Below, piece after piece: positions 1 through 10,110 of a stretch of 64,000 nt of DNA. The notes beneath the pieces were generated by a model. It had not been told where the DNA came from and ran no database searches. It saw nothing but the letters and a program-made list of their open reading frames with translations. Source of the DNA: Rhodanobacteraceae bacterium (lineage in GTDB: Bacteria; Pseudomonadota; Gammaproteobacteria; Xanthomonadales; Rhodanobacteraceae); contig DASTNI010000041.1 in assembly GCA_035720985.1 (NCBI GenBank), positions 106,740 through 170,739 on the forward strand, given 5' to 3'. A program made the position numbers and the translations under genes. Position 1 is the first letter of the stretch, and each line of letters begins with the position of its first letter.

Positions 1-1722
1 GATGCGACGTCGATCCCGGACTACGGCATCGTCTGCAGGCAGGAGGTCGACGGCAAGGAAACGCTGGGGCTCAAGCTCACCTTCGACAAGCGCTACATCA
101 CGCTCGCGCCGGTGGCGACGCTGGTGGGCCTCGCGTTTCGCATGTACGACCCCGAACACCTCCTGGGCGAGCGCGAGGATCTCGGGATCACCCTGGCGCT
201 GATTCCGCGCACTACCCCGGGACTGGAAATCGGGCGCCGGCACTTTCCGCTCAACATCCCGTTCCAGAACGGGCCGCTGCACGGCGAGGGCGTGTTCGTA
301 CCGCTCGACGCCCTGATCGGCGGGCCGCACATGGCGGGGCAGGGCTGGAAGATGCTGGTCGAGTGCCTGTCGGTGGGGCGTGGCATTTCGCTGCCGTCGA
401 GCGCAGCGGGCTTTGTGCGCGTGGCGGTCGCGGCGACCGGCGCCTACGCCCGCATCCGCAAACAGTTTGGACTTGCGGTGGCGCGGTTCGAAGGCGTGGA
501 AGAGGCGCTGGCGCGGATCGGCGGGCACGCGTACGCCGTCACCGCGCTGGCGCGTGCGTCGGCTGCCGCCGTCGATCGCGGCGAGAAGCCCGCGGTGGTG
601 TCGGCGATCGCCAAGTGCCACGCGACGGAACTTGGCCGCGAGGCCATCCGCGATGCCATGGACGTGCACGGCGGCAAGGGCATCCAGCTTGGGCCATCCA
701 ACTACATGGGCCGCATGTGGCAAGGCGCGCCGATTCCGATCACGGTCGAAGGCGCCAACATCATGACGCGCAGCCTCATGATCTTCGGCCAGGGCGCGAT
801 CCGCTGCCATCCGTGGGTGCTGAAGGAAATGCACGCGGCGCGCGAACCGGACCGCGCGAAGGCGCTGCACGAATTCGACGCCGCACTGTTCGGTCATCTG
901 GGATTCGGCATGTCCAACGCGGTGCGCGCGCTGGTGCTGGGGGTGACGTACGCAAAGATCGGCAAGGCGCCGGGCGACGCCTACACGCGCCGCTACTACC
1001 GCAAGCTCAACCGCTATTCCGCCGCGCTGGCGCTGACCGCCGACACCGCGATGGGCGTGCTGGGCGGCAAGCTGAAGTTCAAGGAAAAGCTCTCGGCGCG
1101 GCTGGGTGACGTGCTGTCCTACCTCTACATCTGCTCGGCGATGCTGAAGCGTTATGAAGACGAAGGCCGGCCCGAAGCCGAGCGCCCGCTGCTGGCGTGG
1201 GCCTTCCATGATGCCGTGTGGCGGATGCAGATGGCGCTCGATGGTGTGATCCGCAACTTCCCGGTGCGCCCGGTCGCCTGGGTGCTGCACACGCTGGTAT
1301 TCCCGTTTGGCCGTCGCGAGGTGCCGCCTTCGGACCGCCTGGGCCGCAGGGTCGCCGCGATCCTGACCGCGGCCAACGGCGCGCGCGATGCCTTGGTGCA
1401 CGGCATGTACCTCACGCCGACCCCCAACAATCCGGTCGGACGCATGCACGCGCTGTTGCCGGACGTGGTCGCGGCCGAGCCCGTCGAGCGCAAGTTCCTG
1501 AAGGCCGTGAAGGCCGGCGCGGTGCATGGCTACGATTATTTCGCGCAGCTGGCCAACGCGGAAAAGGTGGGCGCGATCAGCACCACCGAGCGCGCGCAGC
1601 TGGAACGGCTGCGGCGGGTAACGGCCGAATTCATCAACGTCGATGATTTCGATCCGGCCGAGCTGCGGGCCGCGGTGACGCACGAGGGGGCGGATTCAAA
1701 GCGCTCGCTGCACGTCGCGTAG
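1..1722 (+). CDS. fadE: Acyl-CoA dehydrogenase FadE, C-terminal part (5' end lies outside the window)
   Basis: Frame 1 is open from base 1 (DATSIPDYGIVCRQEVDGKETLGLKLTFDKRYITLAPVATLVGLAF...). It continues into the 536-aa ORF, which carries typical long-form FadE motifs (GISLPSS, TVEGANIMTRSLMIFGQGAIRCHP). Stop at 1722. Confidence 0.85.
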   Translation, partial: DATSIPDYGIVCRQEVDGKETLGLKLTFDKRYITLAPVATLVGLAFRMYDPEHLLGEREDLGITLALIPRTTPGLEIGRRHFPLNIPFQNGPLHGEGVFVPLDALIGGPHMAGQGWKMLVECLSVGRGISLPSSAAGFVRVAVAATGAYARIRKQFGLAVARFEGVEEALARIGGHAYAVTALARASAAAVDRGEKPAVVSAIAKCHATELGREAIRDAMDVHGGKGIQLGPSNYMGRMWQGAPIPITVEGANIMTRSLMIFGQGAIRCHPWVLKEMHAAREPDRAKALHEFDAALFGHLGFGMSNAVRALVLGVTYAKIGKAPGDAYTRRYYRKLNRYSAALALTADTAMGVLGGKLKFKEKLSARLGDVLSYLYICSAMLKRYEDEGRPEAERPLLAWAFHDAVWRMQMALDGVIRNFPVRPVAWVLHTLVFPFGRREVPPSDRLGRRVAAILTAANGARDALVHGMYLTPTPNNPVGRMHALLPDVVAAEPVERKFLKAVKAGAVHGYDYFAQLANAEKVGAISTTERAQLERLRRVTAEFINVDDFDPAELRAAVTHEGADSKRSLHVA

Positions 1723-1737
1723 GCGAGCCGATGCGGA

Positions 1738-2802
1738 TCAGGTGCGTTGCTCGCCGCGCGACTGTTCGTCGCGCGCAATTTCGGCGCGGCGGATCGTCTG
1801 CTGGACTTCGGGCGTCGCATGGATCGCGATCAGCTCGATGTCCGGGCGCTCGTTGGCAAAGACGCGAAAGACTTGATCCGCGAATGCCGGGCCGATGACG
1901 GCCACACCCGCAAAGTCCAGGACCACGTGTTGGAAGCGGCCCACCCGTTGCAGCGGCCGTTTGGCCTGCGAGCGTGACATCAGGCTTTCATCTCCGATTC
2001 GGGCCAACTTCACGGGAACGATGGTTTTTGCAAAGCCGTAGTCGTCGGGGCCGCTCGAGAATGCGGCAAAGACCTGCTCCAGCGTTCGTGTGGAATCCGC
2101 GGCGATCGACGTGATGATCGTTGTGCCCGAGCGAGTCCGACCGGGATGGGCTTCGAGCGGGACGTTTTTGTCCGTGCCTGAACGGTGGTCGAAGGTCAGG
2201 CCACGGGACACGATCTCAAATACATCGAAAATCTTCGAGGTGAAGAACACGCCCTCGCCGGGGTGTCGCTGCGGATCGGTCGTGAATTTGCCTTTGGCCA
2301 ATTCCAGCGGCGCAAGTCGATCGTCGGGAAGGGCGAGCGCCGCCGCGATCTTTCGGAAAATACCGACGCCATCGTCGGATACCCCCAGCGATGCGACGCC
2401 GTCCTCGATCGACGCCGTGATCGACAGGCGTTCGCCGTCCGAGTGGTCGACGGCGTTGTTGACCATTCCCGTCAATCCGTAATGCGCAATCTCGACGATG
2501 TTGGTCGGCAGATTGCTCAGCAGGGGAGGCGGCATCGTCGGGCCACACACGATCCTCGGCAAGCCCGTCCAAGACAGAGTCGAACTCGTCGAAGCGCGTG
2601 GGCCCGCGCACGTACACCGGCCGCGTGCTGCCCGAACGTGCCAGCAACCCGGATTCCACCAGCACGCGTGCACGTGCTGCGGATGCCTGGCGGCTGACGC
2701 CCAATCGGGTGGCAACCACCCCGTCAGGTCGCGTGGGTGCGCGGCAACGGCCGCCAGCAGCGCCGAATCGATCTCGTTGGCGCGGCTTCTCACCATGCTC
2801 AA
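1738..2802 (-). CDS. wHTH + GHKL (histidine-kinase-like) ATPase + DUF4325/STAS-like domain protein; apparently disrupted by two compensating frameshifts
   Basis: GHKL N-box and G-box-like motifs are present (EIAHYGLTGMVNNAVDHSDG, VSDDGVGIF, HPGEGVFFTS). The C-terminal DUF4325-like segment reads SRSQAKRPLQRVGRFQHVVLDFAGVAVIGPAFADQVFRVF. The HTH segment (VATRLGVSRQASAARARVLVESGLL) is encoded in a different frame over about 2535-2720. Confidence 0.7.
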   Translation of the reverse strand: MSMVRSRANEIDSALLAAVAAHPRDLTGWLPPDWASAARHPQHVHACWWNPGCWHVRAARGRCTCAGPRASTSSTLSWTGLPRIVCGPTMPPPLLSNLPTNIVEIAHYGLTGMVNNAVDHSDGERLSITASIEDGVASLGVSDDGVGIFRKIAAALALPDDRLAPLELAKGKFTTDPQRHPGEGVFFTSKIFDVFEIVSRGLTFDHRSGTDKNVPLEAHPGRTRSGTTIITSIAADSTRTLEQVFAAFSSGPDDYGFAKTIVPVKLARIGDESLMSRSQAKRPLQRVGRFQHVVLDFAGVAVIGPAFADQVFRVFANERPDIELIAIHATPEVQQTIRRAEIARDEQSRGEQRT

Positions 2803-2886
2803 GACCGTAAAGCAGGTATCGGGTATTGGAAAGTGATGCCTCGATGATTGTGAAGTGCACGCCCGTGAGGCAGCGACCAGGCTTCA

Positions 2887-3738
2887 TCACGTCGTCAGTC
2901 GCGCGGCGTGATGTCGCAGGTGGTCCTCTATGAAACTCTGCACGAACCAGTAACTGTGGTCGTAGCCCGGGTGCAGGCGCAGCTCGAGTGGCTGGCCGGT
3001 CTCGCGGCAGGCGGCCTGGAGCAGGTCGGGGCGCAGTTGTTCGGCGAGAAAGGGATCGGCCTCGCCCTGGTCGACCAGGATGCTGCCCGGGAAGCGCGCG
3101 CGCGCATGCAGCAGCTCGCACGCGTCGTGGCGCTTCCATTCGGCGCGATCGCTGCCGAGGTACAGGTTGAAGATGCGTCGTTCGCCCCACGGTACGCGGG
3201 TCGGCGCACAGATCGGCGCCAGCGCCGACAGCGAGCGGTAGCGCCCCGGATGCCGCAACGCCAGCGTCAGCGCGCCGTGGCCGCCCATCGAGTGGCCCAT
3301 GATCGCGCAGCGCGAAATGTCCACGGGGAAGTGCGCGGCAATGAGTTCGGGCAGTTCCTCGACGACGTAGGTTTCCATCCGAAAGCGCGCCGCCCAAGGG
3401 GGCTGCGTGGCGTCGACGTAGAAACCCGCGCCCTCGCCAAATTCCCAGTCGGCGGTCGCGCCGGGAATGCCCGTGTGGCGGGGGCTGGTGTCGGGCGCGA
3501 CGAGCGCGAGCCCGAGTTCCGCGGCCAGGCGCGGTGCGCCGGCCTTCAAGAGGAAAGTTTCTTCGGTGCAGGTGACGCCCGCGAGGCAGAAGAGCACCGG
3601 TACCCTGGCCCGCGCGGCCTGTGGTGGCACGTACACCGCGAAGGCCATCGGGCCCGCGCAGGCGCGCGAGGCGTGGTGGTAGAACCCAAGCGTGCCATCG
3701 AAGCACCGCTGCTCGGAAACCGTCTCGATCCCCGTCAT
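2887..3738 (-). CDS. fghA: S-formylglutathione hydrolase (esterase D family)
   Basis: The 283-aa product has the GHSMGGHGAL nucleophile elbow, the HPGYDHSYWF C-terminal motif and the overall FghA/YeiG layout. Confidence 0.9.
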   Translation of the reverse strand: MTGIETVSEQRCFDGTLGFYHHASRACAGPMAFAVYVPPQAARARVPVLFCLAGVTCTEETFLLKAGAPRLAAELGLALVAPDTSPRHTGIPGATADWEFGEGAGFYVDATQPPWAARFRMETYVVEELPELIAAHFPVDISRCAIMGHSMGGHGALTLALRHPGRYRSLSALAPICAPTRVPWGERRIFNLYLGSDRAEWKRHDACELLHARARFPGSILVDQGEADPFLAEQLRPDLLQAACRETGQPLELRLHPGYDHSYWFVQSFIEDHLRHHAARLTT

Positions 3739-3780
3739 GGCCGGCCGCCGAATGCAAGGCGACGAGTGTAACCCGTGCCC

Positions 3781-5379
3781 TCAGCCGGCCCCGTGCGCAA
3801 GCTCGCGCGTGTCGGTGAAGGTGACGGCGGGCCAGCGTTCCTGCGCGAGCTGCAGGTTGACGCGGGTCGGCGCGAGATACACCAGCTCGCCCGCGGCATC
3901 CAGCGCCAGGTGCGGGGCATTGCGCTCGCGGAACTCGGCGAGCTTTTTGGCGTCGTCGCAGTGCACCCAGCGGGCGGTGGCGACGCCGACGTTCTCGAAC
4001 GCGCAGTCGACGTTGTATTCGTCCTTGAGGCGATACGCCGCCACGTCGAACTGCAGCACGCCGATCGCGCCCAGGATGAGCTCATTGGACATCAGCGGCC
4101 GGAAGAACTGCGTGGCGCCCTCCTCGGACAGCTGCGTCAGCCCCTCGCGCAGCGCCTTCGTCTTCAGCGGGTCGCGCAGGTGCGCGCGGCGGAAGAGCTC
4201 GGGCGCGAAGTTCGGAATGCCGGTGAAGACGAGCTTCTCGCCCGCGCTGAAACTGTCGCCGATCGAAACGGTGCCGTGGTTGTGCAGGCCGATCACGTCG
4301 CCCGGGTACGCCGTGTCCGCGATTTCGCGCTCGGCGGCCATGAAGGTCAGTGCGTTGGCGAGCTTCACTTCCTTGCCGGTGCGCACCTGCAGCGCCTTCA
4401 TGTCGGGCGTGTACTGGCCCGAGCAGACGCGCAGGAACGCGACGCGGTCGCGATGGTGCGGATCCATGTTGGCCTGGATCTTGAACACGAAGCCCGAAAA
4501 GGCGCCCTCGTCCGGGGCCACGGCGCGCGTGATCGTCGCGCGCGGCAGCGGCGCCGGTGCGTGCGCGACGAAGAAATCGAGAAGCGGCTGCACGCCGAAA
4601 CTGTTGATGCCGGAGCCGAAGAACACCGGGGTCTGTTCGCCCGCGAGATACGCGTGCTCGTCGAACGGGTGGGAGGCGCCCTCGACGAGCTCGAGTTCCT
4701 CGCGCAGCTCGGCCAGCATGTCGGCGCCGATGCGGCGTTCGAGCTCGGGATCGTCAAGCCCCTTCAGGATGGTCGAATCCTGGCGCGTGAAGTTGCGGCC
4801 CGCCTCGTACAGGTGCACCTCGTCGTCGATGAGGTGGTACACGCCCTTCAGGCGCTTGCCCATGCCGATCGGCCAGGTCACCGGCGCGCACTGGATCTTC
4901 AGCACGCTTTCCACTTCGTCCAGCAGTTCGATCGGCGAGCGGCCCTCGCGGTCGAGCTTGTTGATGAAGGTCATGATGGGCGTGGTGCGCAGCCGGCACA
5001 CGTCCATCAGCTTGATCGTGCGTTCCTCGACGCCCTTGGCGCAGTCGATCACCATCAGCGCGGAATCGACCGCGGTCAGCACGCGGTAGGTGTCTTCCGA
5101 AAAGTCCGCGTGGCCCGGGGTATCCAGCAGGTTGACGATGCGCCCGGCGTAGGGGAATTGCATCACCGAGCTGGTCACGGAAATGCCGCGCTCCTGTTCC
5201 AGTGCCATCCAGTCGGACGTCGCGTGGCGCGCGGTCTTGCGGCTCTTGACCGCGCCGGCCATCTGGATCGCGCCCCCGAACAACAGCAGCTTTTCGGTCA
5301 GGGTCGTCTTGCCGGCGTCGGGGTGCGAGATGATCGCGAACGTGCGGCGACGGCGGGTTTCGGTCGTGTGGTCGAACAT
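3781..5379 (-). CDS. prfC: Peptide chain release factor 3
   Basis: 532 aa. The N-terminus [30 protein letters not shown] carries the G1 motif, and [14 protein letters not shown] is also present. Full-length PrfC pattern. Confidence 0.95.
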   Translation of the reverse strand: MFDHTTETRRRRTFAIISHPDAGKTTLTEKLLLFGGAIQMAGAVKSRKTARHATSDWMALEQERGISVTSSVMQFPYAGRIVNLLDTPGHADFSEDTYRVLTAVDSALMVIDCAKGVEERTIKLMDVCRLRTTPIMTFINKLDREGRSPIELLDEVESVLKIQCAPVTWPIGMGKRLKGVYHLIDDEVHLYEAGRNFTRQDSTILKGLDDPELERRIGADMLAELREELELVEGASHPFDEHAYLAGEQTPVFFGSGINSFGVQPLLDFFVAHAPAPLPRATITRAVAPDEGAFSGFVFKIQANMDPHHRDRVAFLRVCSGQYTPDMKALQVRTGKEVKLANALTFMAAEREIADTAYPGDVIGLHNHGTVSIGDSFSAGEKLVFTGIPNFAPELFRRAHLRDPLKTKALREGLTQLSEEGATQFFRPLMSNELILGAIGVLQFDVAAYRLKDEYNVDCAFENVGVATARWVHCDDAKKLAEFRERNAPHLALDAAGELVYLAPTRVNLQLAQERWPAVTFTDTRELAHGAG

Positions 5380-5439
5380 GGAAGCGAATCTGCACGAAAC
5401 TGCAAACCCGCAATTGTAACCTCGATGACGTACCCTCGA

Positions 5440-6834
5440 TTACCGGGTGAGCCTGGTCAGCAGGCCGTGCCAGAACTCCAGCGCCCACGGCACGTTGGAA
5501 GCCAGCGACTTCTCGTTCAGCCCGTGCGCGAACGTGTCGTTGGGTTTGGCGAAGTCGGGATCGACGCCGTAACTGGCTACCCCGGCATTGCGGAAGTACA
5601 TGCTGTCGGAGGCGCCGGCCGACATGCCCGGCACGATATCGAGACCGGGATAGCGCTGGTGTACCACCGCGCTGACCGCGTCCACCACGTCCTTGCGCAG
5701 TGGCGACGCCGGGCTTTCCACCGGTGGCGGCTGGCGCACCGCGAGCGTGACGCTCGGGTCGTCGATCACCTTCGCGAGCGTGGCCTGTACCGCGGCGACG
5801 TGCGTGCCAGGGAAGATGCGGCAGTTGATGTTGGCGTCCGCGCGTTGTGGCAGCGCGTTCAATGCGTGCCCGCCGTCCAGCATGGTGGCGACGCAGGTGG
5901 TGCGGATCTGGCCGACGTAGGCCGGATCGGCCGAGAGCGTCGCCGCCGCCTTGGCATCGTCGGGATTCGCGGCGAACGCGCGCATCGCCGCGGCGATCGG
6001 GCCGCTGTTGTGCTCGCCCGTCGCCTTCAGTGACGCCAGGGTGGTCTCGCTGTGCTGCACCGGGAATTGATACGCGGCCACGCGATCGAGCGCCTTGGCC
6101 AATCGATAGATCGCGTTCTTCGGCACGTCGGGTTCGCTGGAATGACCGCCGGCCGAGGTGACGGTCAGCCTGAAGTCGGCGTAGGTCTTTTCGGCGGCCT
6201 GGATTGCGTACACCACCGGCTTGCCTCGTGCGTTCAGGGTGCCGCCGCCGGTGTCCGCGTTGAGCAGGAATTCGGCGTCGTGGTAGTGCCTGGCCAACTC
6301 GCGCGTGGAGGCCATGTCGGTTTCCTCGTCGCCGGAGAACACCAGGATCATGCTGCGCTTCGGCACGTAGTGTTCGCGCTTGAAGCGCATGAAGGTTTCG
6401 ATCAGCGCGACGGTATTCGTCTTCATGTCGGCCACGCCGCGGCCGTAGAGATAGCCGTTCTCCTCGATCAGCCTGAACGGATCGCGCTGCCAGTCCGCCG
6501 GGTTGGCGGCGACCACGTCCATGTGCGCCGACAGCAGGATCGGCTTCAGGCTCTGGTTGCTGCCGCGGTAGTGCACTACCAGCGCCGCGGTGTGCTCGAC
6601 CGGGATGATCTCGATGTCGGACTTGGCGAAACCGGCCGATTCCAGCTTGCCGGCGAGGTAGCGCGCAAACGCCGGCACCTGGTCCTTGCCTTCGACGGTT
6701 TGTGCGGCAATGGCATGGCGCAGCATGTCCATCATTTCCGGCATGGCCTGCGGGGTGGTTTCGGCGTGCGCGGGCGCAAGGCTCGCCAGGGCCAGGGCGA
6801 TGCAGGCGGCCAGCAACGAACGCGCGAATGGCAT
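5440..6834 (-). CDS. Secreted M20 family metallopeptidase (carboxypeptidase-like)
   Basis: 464 aa with an N-terminal signal peptide (MPFARSLLAACIALALASLAPAHA). M20 motifs are present: SAHMDVV, GRGVADMK, SGDEE. Confidence 0.85.
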   Translation of the reverse strand: MPFARSLLAACIALALASLAPAHAETTPQAMPEMMDMLRHAIAAQTVEGKDQVPAFARYLAGKLESAGFAKSDIEIIPVEHTAALVVHYRGSNQSLKPILLSAHMDVVAANPADWQRDPFRLIEENGYLYGRGVADMKTNTVALIETFMRFKREHYVPKRSMILVFSGDEETDMASTRELARHYHDAEFLLNADTGGGTLNARGKPVVYAIQAAEKTYADFRLTVTSAGGHSSEPDVPKNAIYRLAKALDRVAAYQFPVQHSETTLASLKATGEHNSGPIAAAMRAFAANPDDAKAAATLSADPAYVGQIRTTCVATMLDGGHALNALPQRADANINCRIFPGTHVAAVQATLAKVIDDPSVTLAVRQPPPVESPASPLRKDVVDAVSAVVHQRYPGLDIVPGMSAGASDSMYFRNAGVASYGVDPDFAKPNDTFAHGLNEKSLASNVPWALEFWHGLLTRLTR

Positions 6835-7009
6835 GACGAAACTCCCCGTGAAGTAAGGCGGCTCACCTTACCGCTTCGCGTGTCCTGCCGGCATGGGCAG
6901 GCAGCAGGGCGTACCGGAAATCCGGCGCTGCCGGCACGATGACGAGGACGCGCTCGTTGCCGCCGTGGGCGTGTACGGTGCTCGCCTTTGCGAACGTCGG
7001 GTTGCCGCT

Positions 7010-7732
7010 TCAGCCGCGCGGGGTTGCGGGGTACTCATCGTGCAGCCGCACCCAGCTCATGGTGCCGTCGGCCTCGTTGCGGCCCAGCGGGACCAGGTCC
7101 AGCCAGTTGAACGCGCCCACCAGCAGCTCCACGCCGCGGTGGTAGGTGGAGTAGGTGTGGAAGACGCCGCCGGCGGTGTCCTTCACGAAGACACTGACAC
7201 CGAACATGTCGGGGCTGTTCTGGATCGTCGTGCGGCCGTAGTTGTACGTCGCGCGCCCGGCGTTGCGGTCCTCCTCCCGGAACGACACGCCGAAGTCGTA
7301 GTTGAAGTCGCCGTCACCGGCCGACACCCACGGGAATGTCCAGCCCATGCGCTGGCGGACGGCCTCGATTCGTTCGACCGGCGCGCGCGACACCGCGGCG
7401 AAGGCGAGGTCGGCGTGTTCGAAATGCCGGCGGGCCCCATCGACGTGGTCCATCAGCAGCGAACAGCTGGGGCAGATGTGCGTCGATCCTGGCGTCAGCA
7501 TGCAGTGATAGATCGCAAGCTGGCTGGCGTCGCCGAACAGGTCACCCAGGCTGTGCTCGCCATCGGGCGCCTGGAACACGTACGGTTTGTCGATGCGCAC
7601 CCACGGCAGCTGCCGCCGCTCGGCGCGCAGGGCATCCAGCTGGTGGGTCATGGCGCGTTCCTTCTCGAGCAGCGCCTTGCGCGCGAGCAGCCATTCGGTG
7701 GGTGAAACGATGCGGGGCGAGGTCGGGTTCAT
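7010..7732 (-). CDS. DUF899 family thioredoxin-like protein
   Basis: The 240-aa product follows the typical DUF899 pattern (SPTEWLLARKALLEKERAMTHQLDALRAERRQLPWV ... CPSCS ... GWTFPWVS). Confidence 0.85.
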   Translation of the reverse strand: MNPTSPRIVSPTEWLLARKALLEKERAMTHQLDALRAERRQLPWVRIDKPYVFQAPDGEHSLGDLFGDASQLAIYHCMLTPGSTHICPSCSLLMDHVDGARRHFEHADLAFAAVSRAPVERIEAVRQRMGWTFPWVSAGDGDFNYDFGVSFREEDRNAGRATYNYGRTTIQNSPDMFGVSVFVKDTAGGVFHTYSTYHRGVELLVGAFNWLDLVPLGRNEADGTMSWVRLHDEYPATPRG

Positions 7733-7816
7733 GGGGGTTCTCCGGATGCGAAGGAAGCAGCCTGGAACGGTGCGTCCGTGTCCGTCCGGGTGCGGGATCC
7801 GCGTGGCCGCGTCGTT

Positions 7817-8464
7817 TCAGTCACGAGCCGGCGCGCCCAGCGGAAACAGGTGTCGATACGGGCGCGCTTCGTCCACGACGCGCGCGACCGATGGACGTTG
7901 CAACAGGCGCTCGCGGTACGCCTTGAGTGGGCCCGGCGGAATGGGGTGCGCCCAGTCCGCATAGAACAACGCCGGTGCCGCGGCGCAGTCGGTGATGCTG
8001 AAGGCGTGGCCGTTGCCCCAGCCGCTGCCGATGTGCCGCGCAAACCACGCATACGACTGGTCCAGCTTGGTCTTCGCTTCTTCGGCGCGGCGCGGATTCT
8101 GCTGGCCGCGTGGCCGCAGCGCCTCGGCGACGATGCGTTGCGTGGGTTCGGCCACGTAGGCATCGAACGCATCCGCCAGCATCCGCGACGTGAGTGCGAG
8201 CTCCACGTCGTCGGGAATCATTGGCGGCGCGGTGCCGAAGCGATCGAGGTATTCGATCACCGGGTTGGACTGCGTGATTTCATGGGCACCGTCGGTCAGG
8301 GCCGGGAACTGACCGGTGGGCGACAGCTCGGCAATGCGCGCGGCGTTCGCGCGATGCTCTGCGTCGATCATGCAGAACTCGAACGGCACCGCGCGCTCGT
8401 ACGCCGCGATCAGCGCTTTCCACACGAACAGCGCAAACGGATGGCCATACAGTTGGATGGCCAT
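7817..8464 (-). CDS. Glutathione S-transferase family protein
   Basis: Start moved to the internal ATG (MAIQLYGHPFALFVWKALIA...), 5 nt downstream of the preceding gene's stop. GST N- and C-domain pattern. Confidence 0.85.
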   Translation of the reverse strand: MAIQLYGHPFALFVWKALIAAYERAVPFEFCMIDAEHRANAARIAELSPTGQFPALTDGAHEITQSNPVIEYLDRFGTAPPMIPDDVELALTSRMLADAFDAYVAEPTQRIVAEALRPRGQQNPRRAEEAKTKLDQSYAWFARHIGSGWGNGHAFSITDCAAAPALFYADWAHPIPPGPLKAYRERLLQRPSVARVVDEARPYRHLFPLGAPARD

Positions 8465-8469
8465 GGTGG

Positions 8470-8892
8470 TCAGCCCGTGGGGCGGTTGCAGTTGACCATC
8501 CAATGCGCGCCGTAGCGGTCGGTGAACATGCCGAAACGCAGCGACCACGAGGTTTCCGCGATGGGCATCAGCACTTCGCCGCCCTCGCTCAGGGCCGCGA
8601 ACAGGCGTTCCGCTTCGCCCGGGTCATCCACGCTCAGGCACACCCGATTGCCGTGGATGCCGGGGTATGGACTGCCGTCGGGCGGGCACCAGTCCGATGC
8701 CATCAATTGCGCATCGCCGACTTCCAGCTCGACGTGGGCGATCCGGTTGCGCATGTCCGCCGGTATCCGTCCGCTTTCCGGCATTTCGCCGAAGGTGACT
8801 TGCATCGTGATTTTGCCGCCCAGGCATTGGGCGTAGAAGTCGAAAGCTTCGGCTGCGTTGCCGTCGAAGAAGAGATAGCTGGTGATTTGCAT
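8470..8892 (-). CDS. VOC (glyoxalase/PhnB-like) family protein
   Basis: 140 aa. MQITSYLFFDGNAAEAFDFYAQCLGG ... FGMFTDRYGAHWMVN is typical of the YjdN/PhnB-like VOC fold. Confidence 0.8.
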   Translation of the reverse strand: MQITSYLFFDGNAAEAFDFYAQCLGGKITMQVTFGEMPESGRIPADMRNRIAHVELEVGDAQLMASDWCPPDGSPYPGIHGNRVCLSVDDPGEAERLFAALSEGGEVLMPIAETSWSLRFGMFTDRYGAHWMVNCNRPTG

Positions 8893-8926
8893 GGCTGTAC
8901 TCCGTCGGGGGTGGTGGGTACGTGGA

Positions 8927-9412
8927 TCAGGATGCCGCCGCGCGCCGCAGCGCGGCCAGGTCGAGTTTGTGCATGCCCATGAGCGCCGTCATCACCGCCG
9001 GGCCGTTGCGTTGCATCAGGGCGCCCATCTCGGCGGGCACGATCTGCCAGGAAAGGCCGAACCGGTCGGCGAGCCAGCCGCAGATCTGTGCTTCGGGCGC
9101 GCCACCCTTGGCCAGCGCATTCCAGTAGTGATCGATCTCGTCCTGCGTGTCGCAGAAGACCTGCAGCGACACGGCGGGGCTGAAGTGAAACTGCGGTCCG
9201 CCGTTCAACGCCGCAAAGCGCTGGCCGGCGAGCTCGAAATCGATGTACATGACGCTGCCGGGCGGCATCCGATGCTGCTCGCGTCCGGCTTCGGTGTAGC
9301 GCTCGATCTGGGTGATGCGCGAGTCGGGAAACACGCCGATGTAAAGGTCGACGGCTTCGCTGGCGTCGTGGTCGAACCACAGGCATGGCGCGATGGTGTT
9401 CAGCTTTGGCAT
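8927..9412 (-). CDS. VOC family protein (3-demethylubiquinone-9 3-methyltransferase-like domain)
   Basis: Start trimmed to ATG at 9410-9412 (MPKLNTIAPCLWFDHDASEAVDLYIGVFPDS... DRFGLSWQIVP). The upstream part of the track ORF is Pro/Ser/Arg junk. Confidence 0.8.
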   Translation of the reverse strand: MPKLNTIAPCLWFDHDASEAVDLYIGVFPDSRITQIERYTEAGREQHRMPPGSVMYIDFELAGQRFAALNGGPQFHFSPAVSLQVFCDTQDEIDHYWNALAKGGAPEAQICGWLADRFGLSWQIVPAEMGALMQRNGPAVMTALMGMHKLDLAALRRAAAS

Positions 9413-9464
9413 GGTGGCTACCTCGGCGGATGAAATGCCGGCAGCTGCCGGCGGGGAAGGCCGA

Positions 9465-10091
9465 TCAGGCGGCGGCGCAGGCCTCCAGCGGGAAGGGTTC
9501 GCGCCACGCCTCGAGCTCGTCGAGACGTGCATGCCAGCGCTGCACCGCGGGAAATTCGCCCAGGGGAACGCGCGCGAGCCTGGCGTACGGGAGCACCGCG
9601 GCGACGGCGAAATCGGCGAGCGTGAGTGAGGGGCCCACCAACCAGTCGCGATCGTGCAGGTGGCGGTCCAAGATGGCTGCGAGCGCCCGCCACTCGTCGG
9701 TGGCGCGCCGGACCGCCGCGGAATCGGGATCACCCAGCCGAAACCGCCGCTTGATCACGTGCTCGAAATACAAGGTGCCGCCGGCGCGCAGAAAGTGCGC
9801 GAGGTCCCAGCAGAGCCAGCGGAGCACGTCGATCTGGCGATCGTCCTGCGGCCACAGGTCGGAATCACTGCGTGCGGCCAGGTGACACATGATCGCGGTG
9901 GATTCCCACAGCACACGTGATCCATCGACCAGCGTCGGCACCTTGCCGCCAGGGTTGAGCGCCAGGTATTCAGGCATCTTGTGCTCGCCGCGCGCGAGGT
10001 CGACGTAGACGTACTCGACGGGCGACTGGAGGTACTTGGCGACGGCGCAGGTCTTGCGGGGATTGACGGTATCGAACCAGTAGAGCTTCAT
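9465..10091 (-). CDS. Glutathione S-transferase family protein
   Basis: Start trimmed to ATG at 10089-10091 (MKLYWFDTVNPRKTCAVAKYL... LNPGGKVPTLVDG ... WESTAIMCHL). GST fold. Confidence 0.85.
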   Translation of the reverse strand: MKLYWFDTVNPRKTCAVAKYLQSPVEYVYVDLARGEHKMPEYLALNPGGKVPTLVDGSRVLWESTAIMCHLAARSDSDLWPQDDRQIDVLRWLCWDLAHFLRAGGTLYFEHVIKRRFRLGDPDSAAVRRATDEWRALAAILDRHLHDRDWLVGPSLTLADFAVAAVLPYARLARVPLGEFPAVQRWHARLDELEAWREPFPLEACAAA

Positions 10092-10110
10092 CGTGGCGTC
10101 TCCTCGGGGG

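Noticed and set aside
3775-6033. Very long ORFs antisense or out of frame to real genes. Examples are 3775..6033 +, 23744..26056 -, 53869..56070 -, 49865..51847 -, 40209..42224 + and 32474..34603 -.
   Set aside because: Their translations are Arg/Ala/Gly/Pro-rich low-complexity strings with no recognisable motifs. They overlap genes that have unmistakable family signatures (prfC, metE, batD, mrcA, spoT). Long spurious ORFs are expected at this G+C because stop codons are rare.
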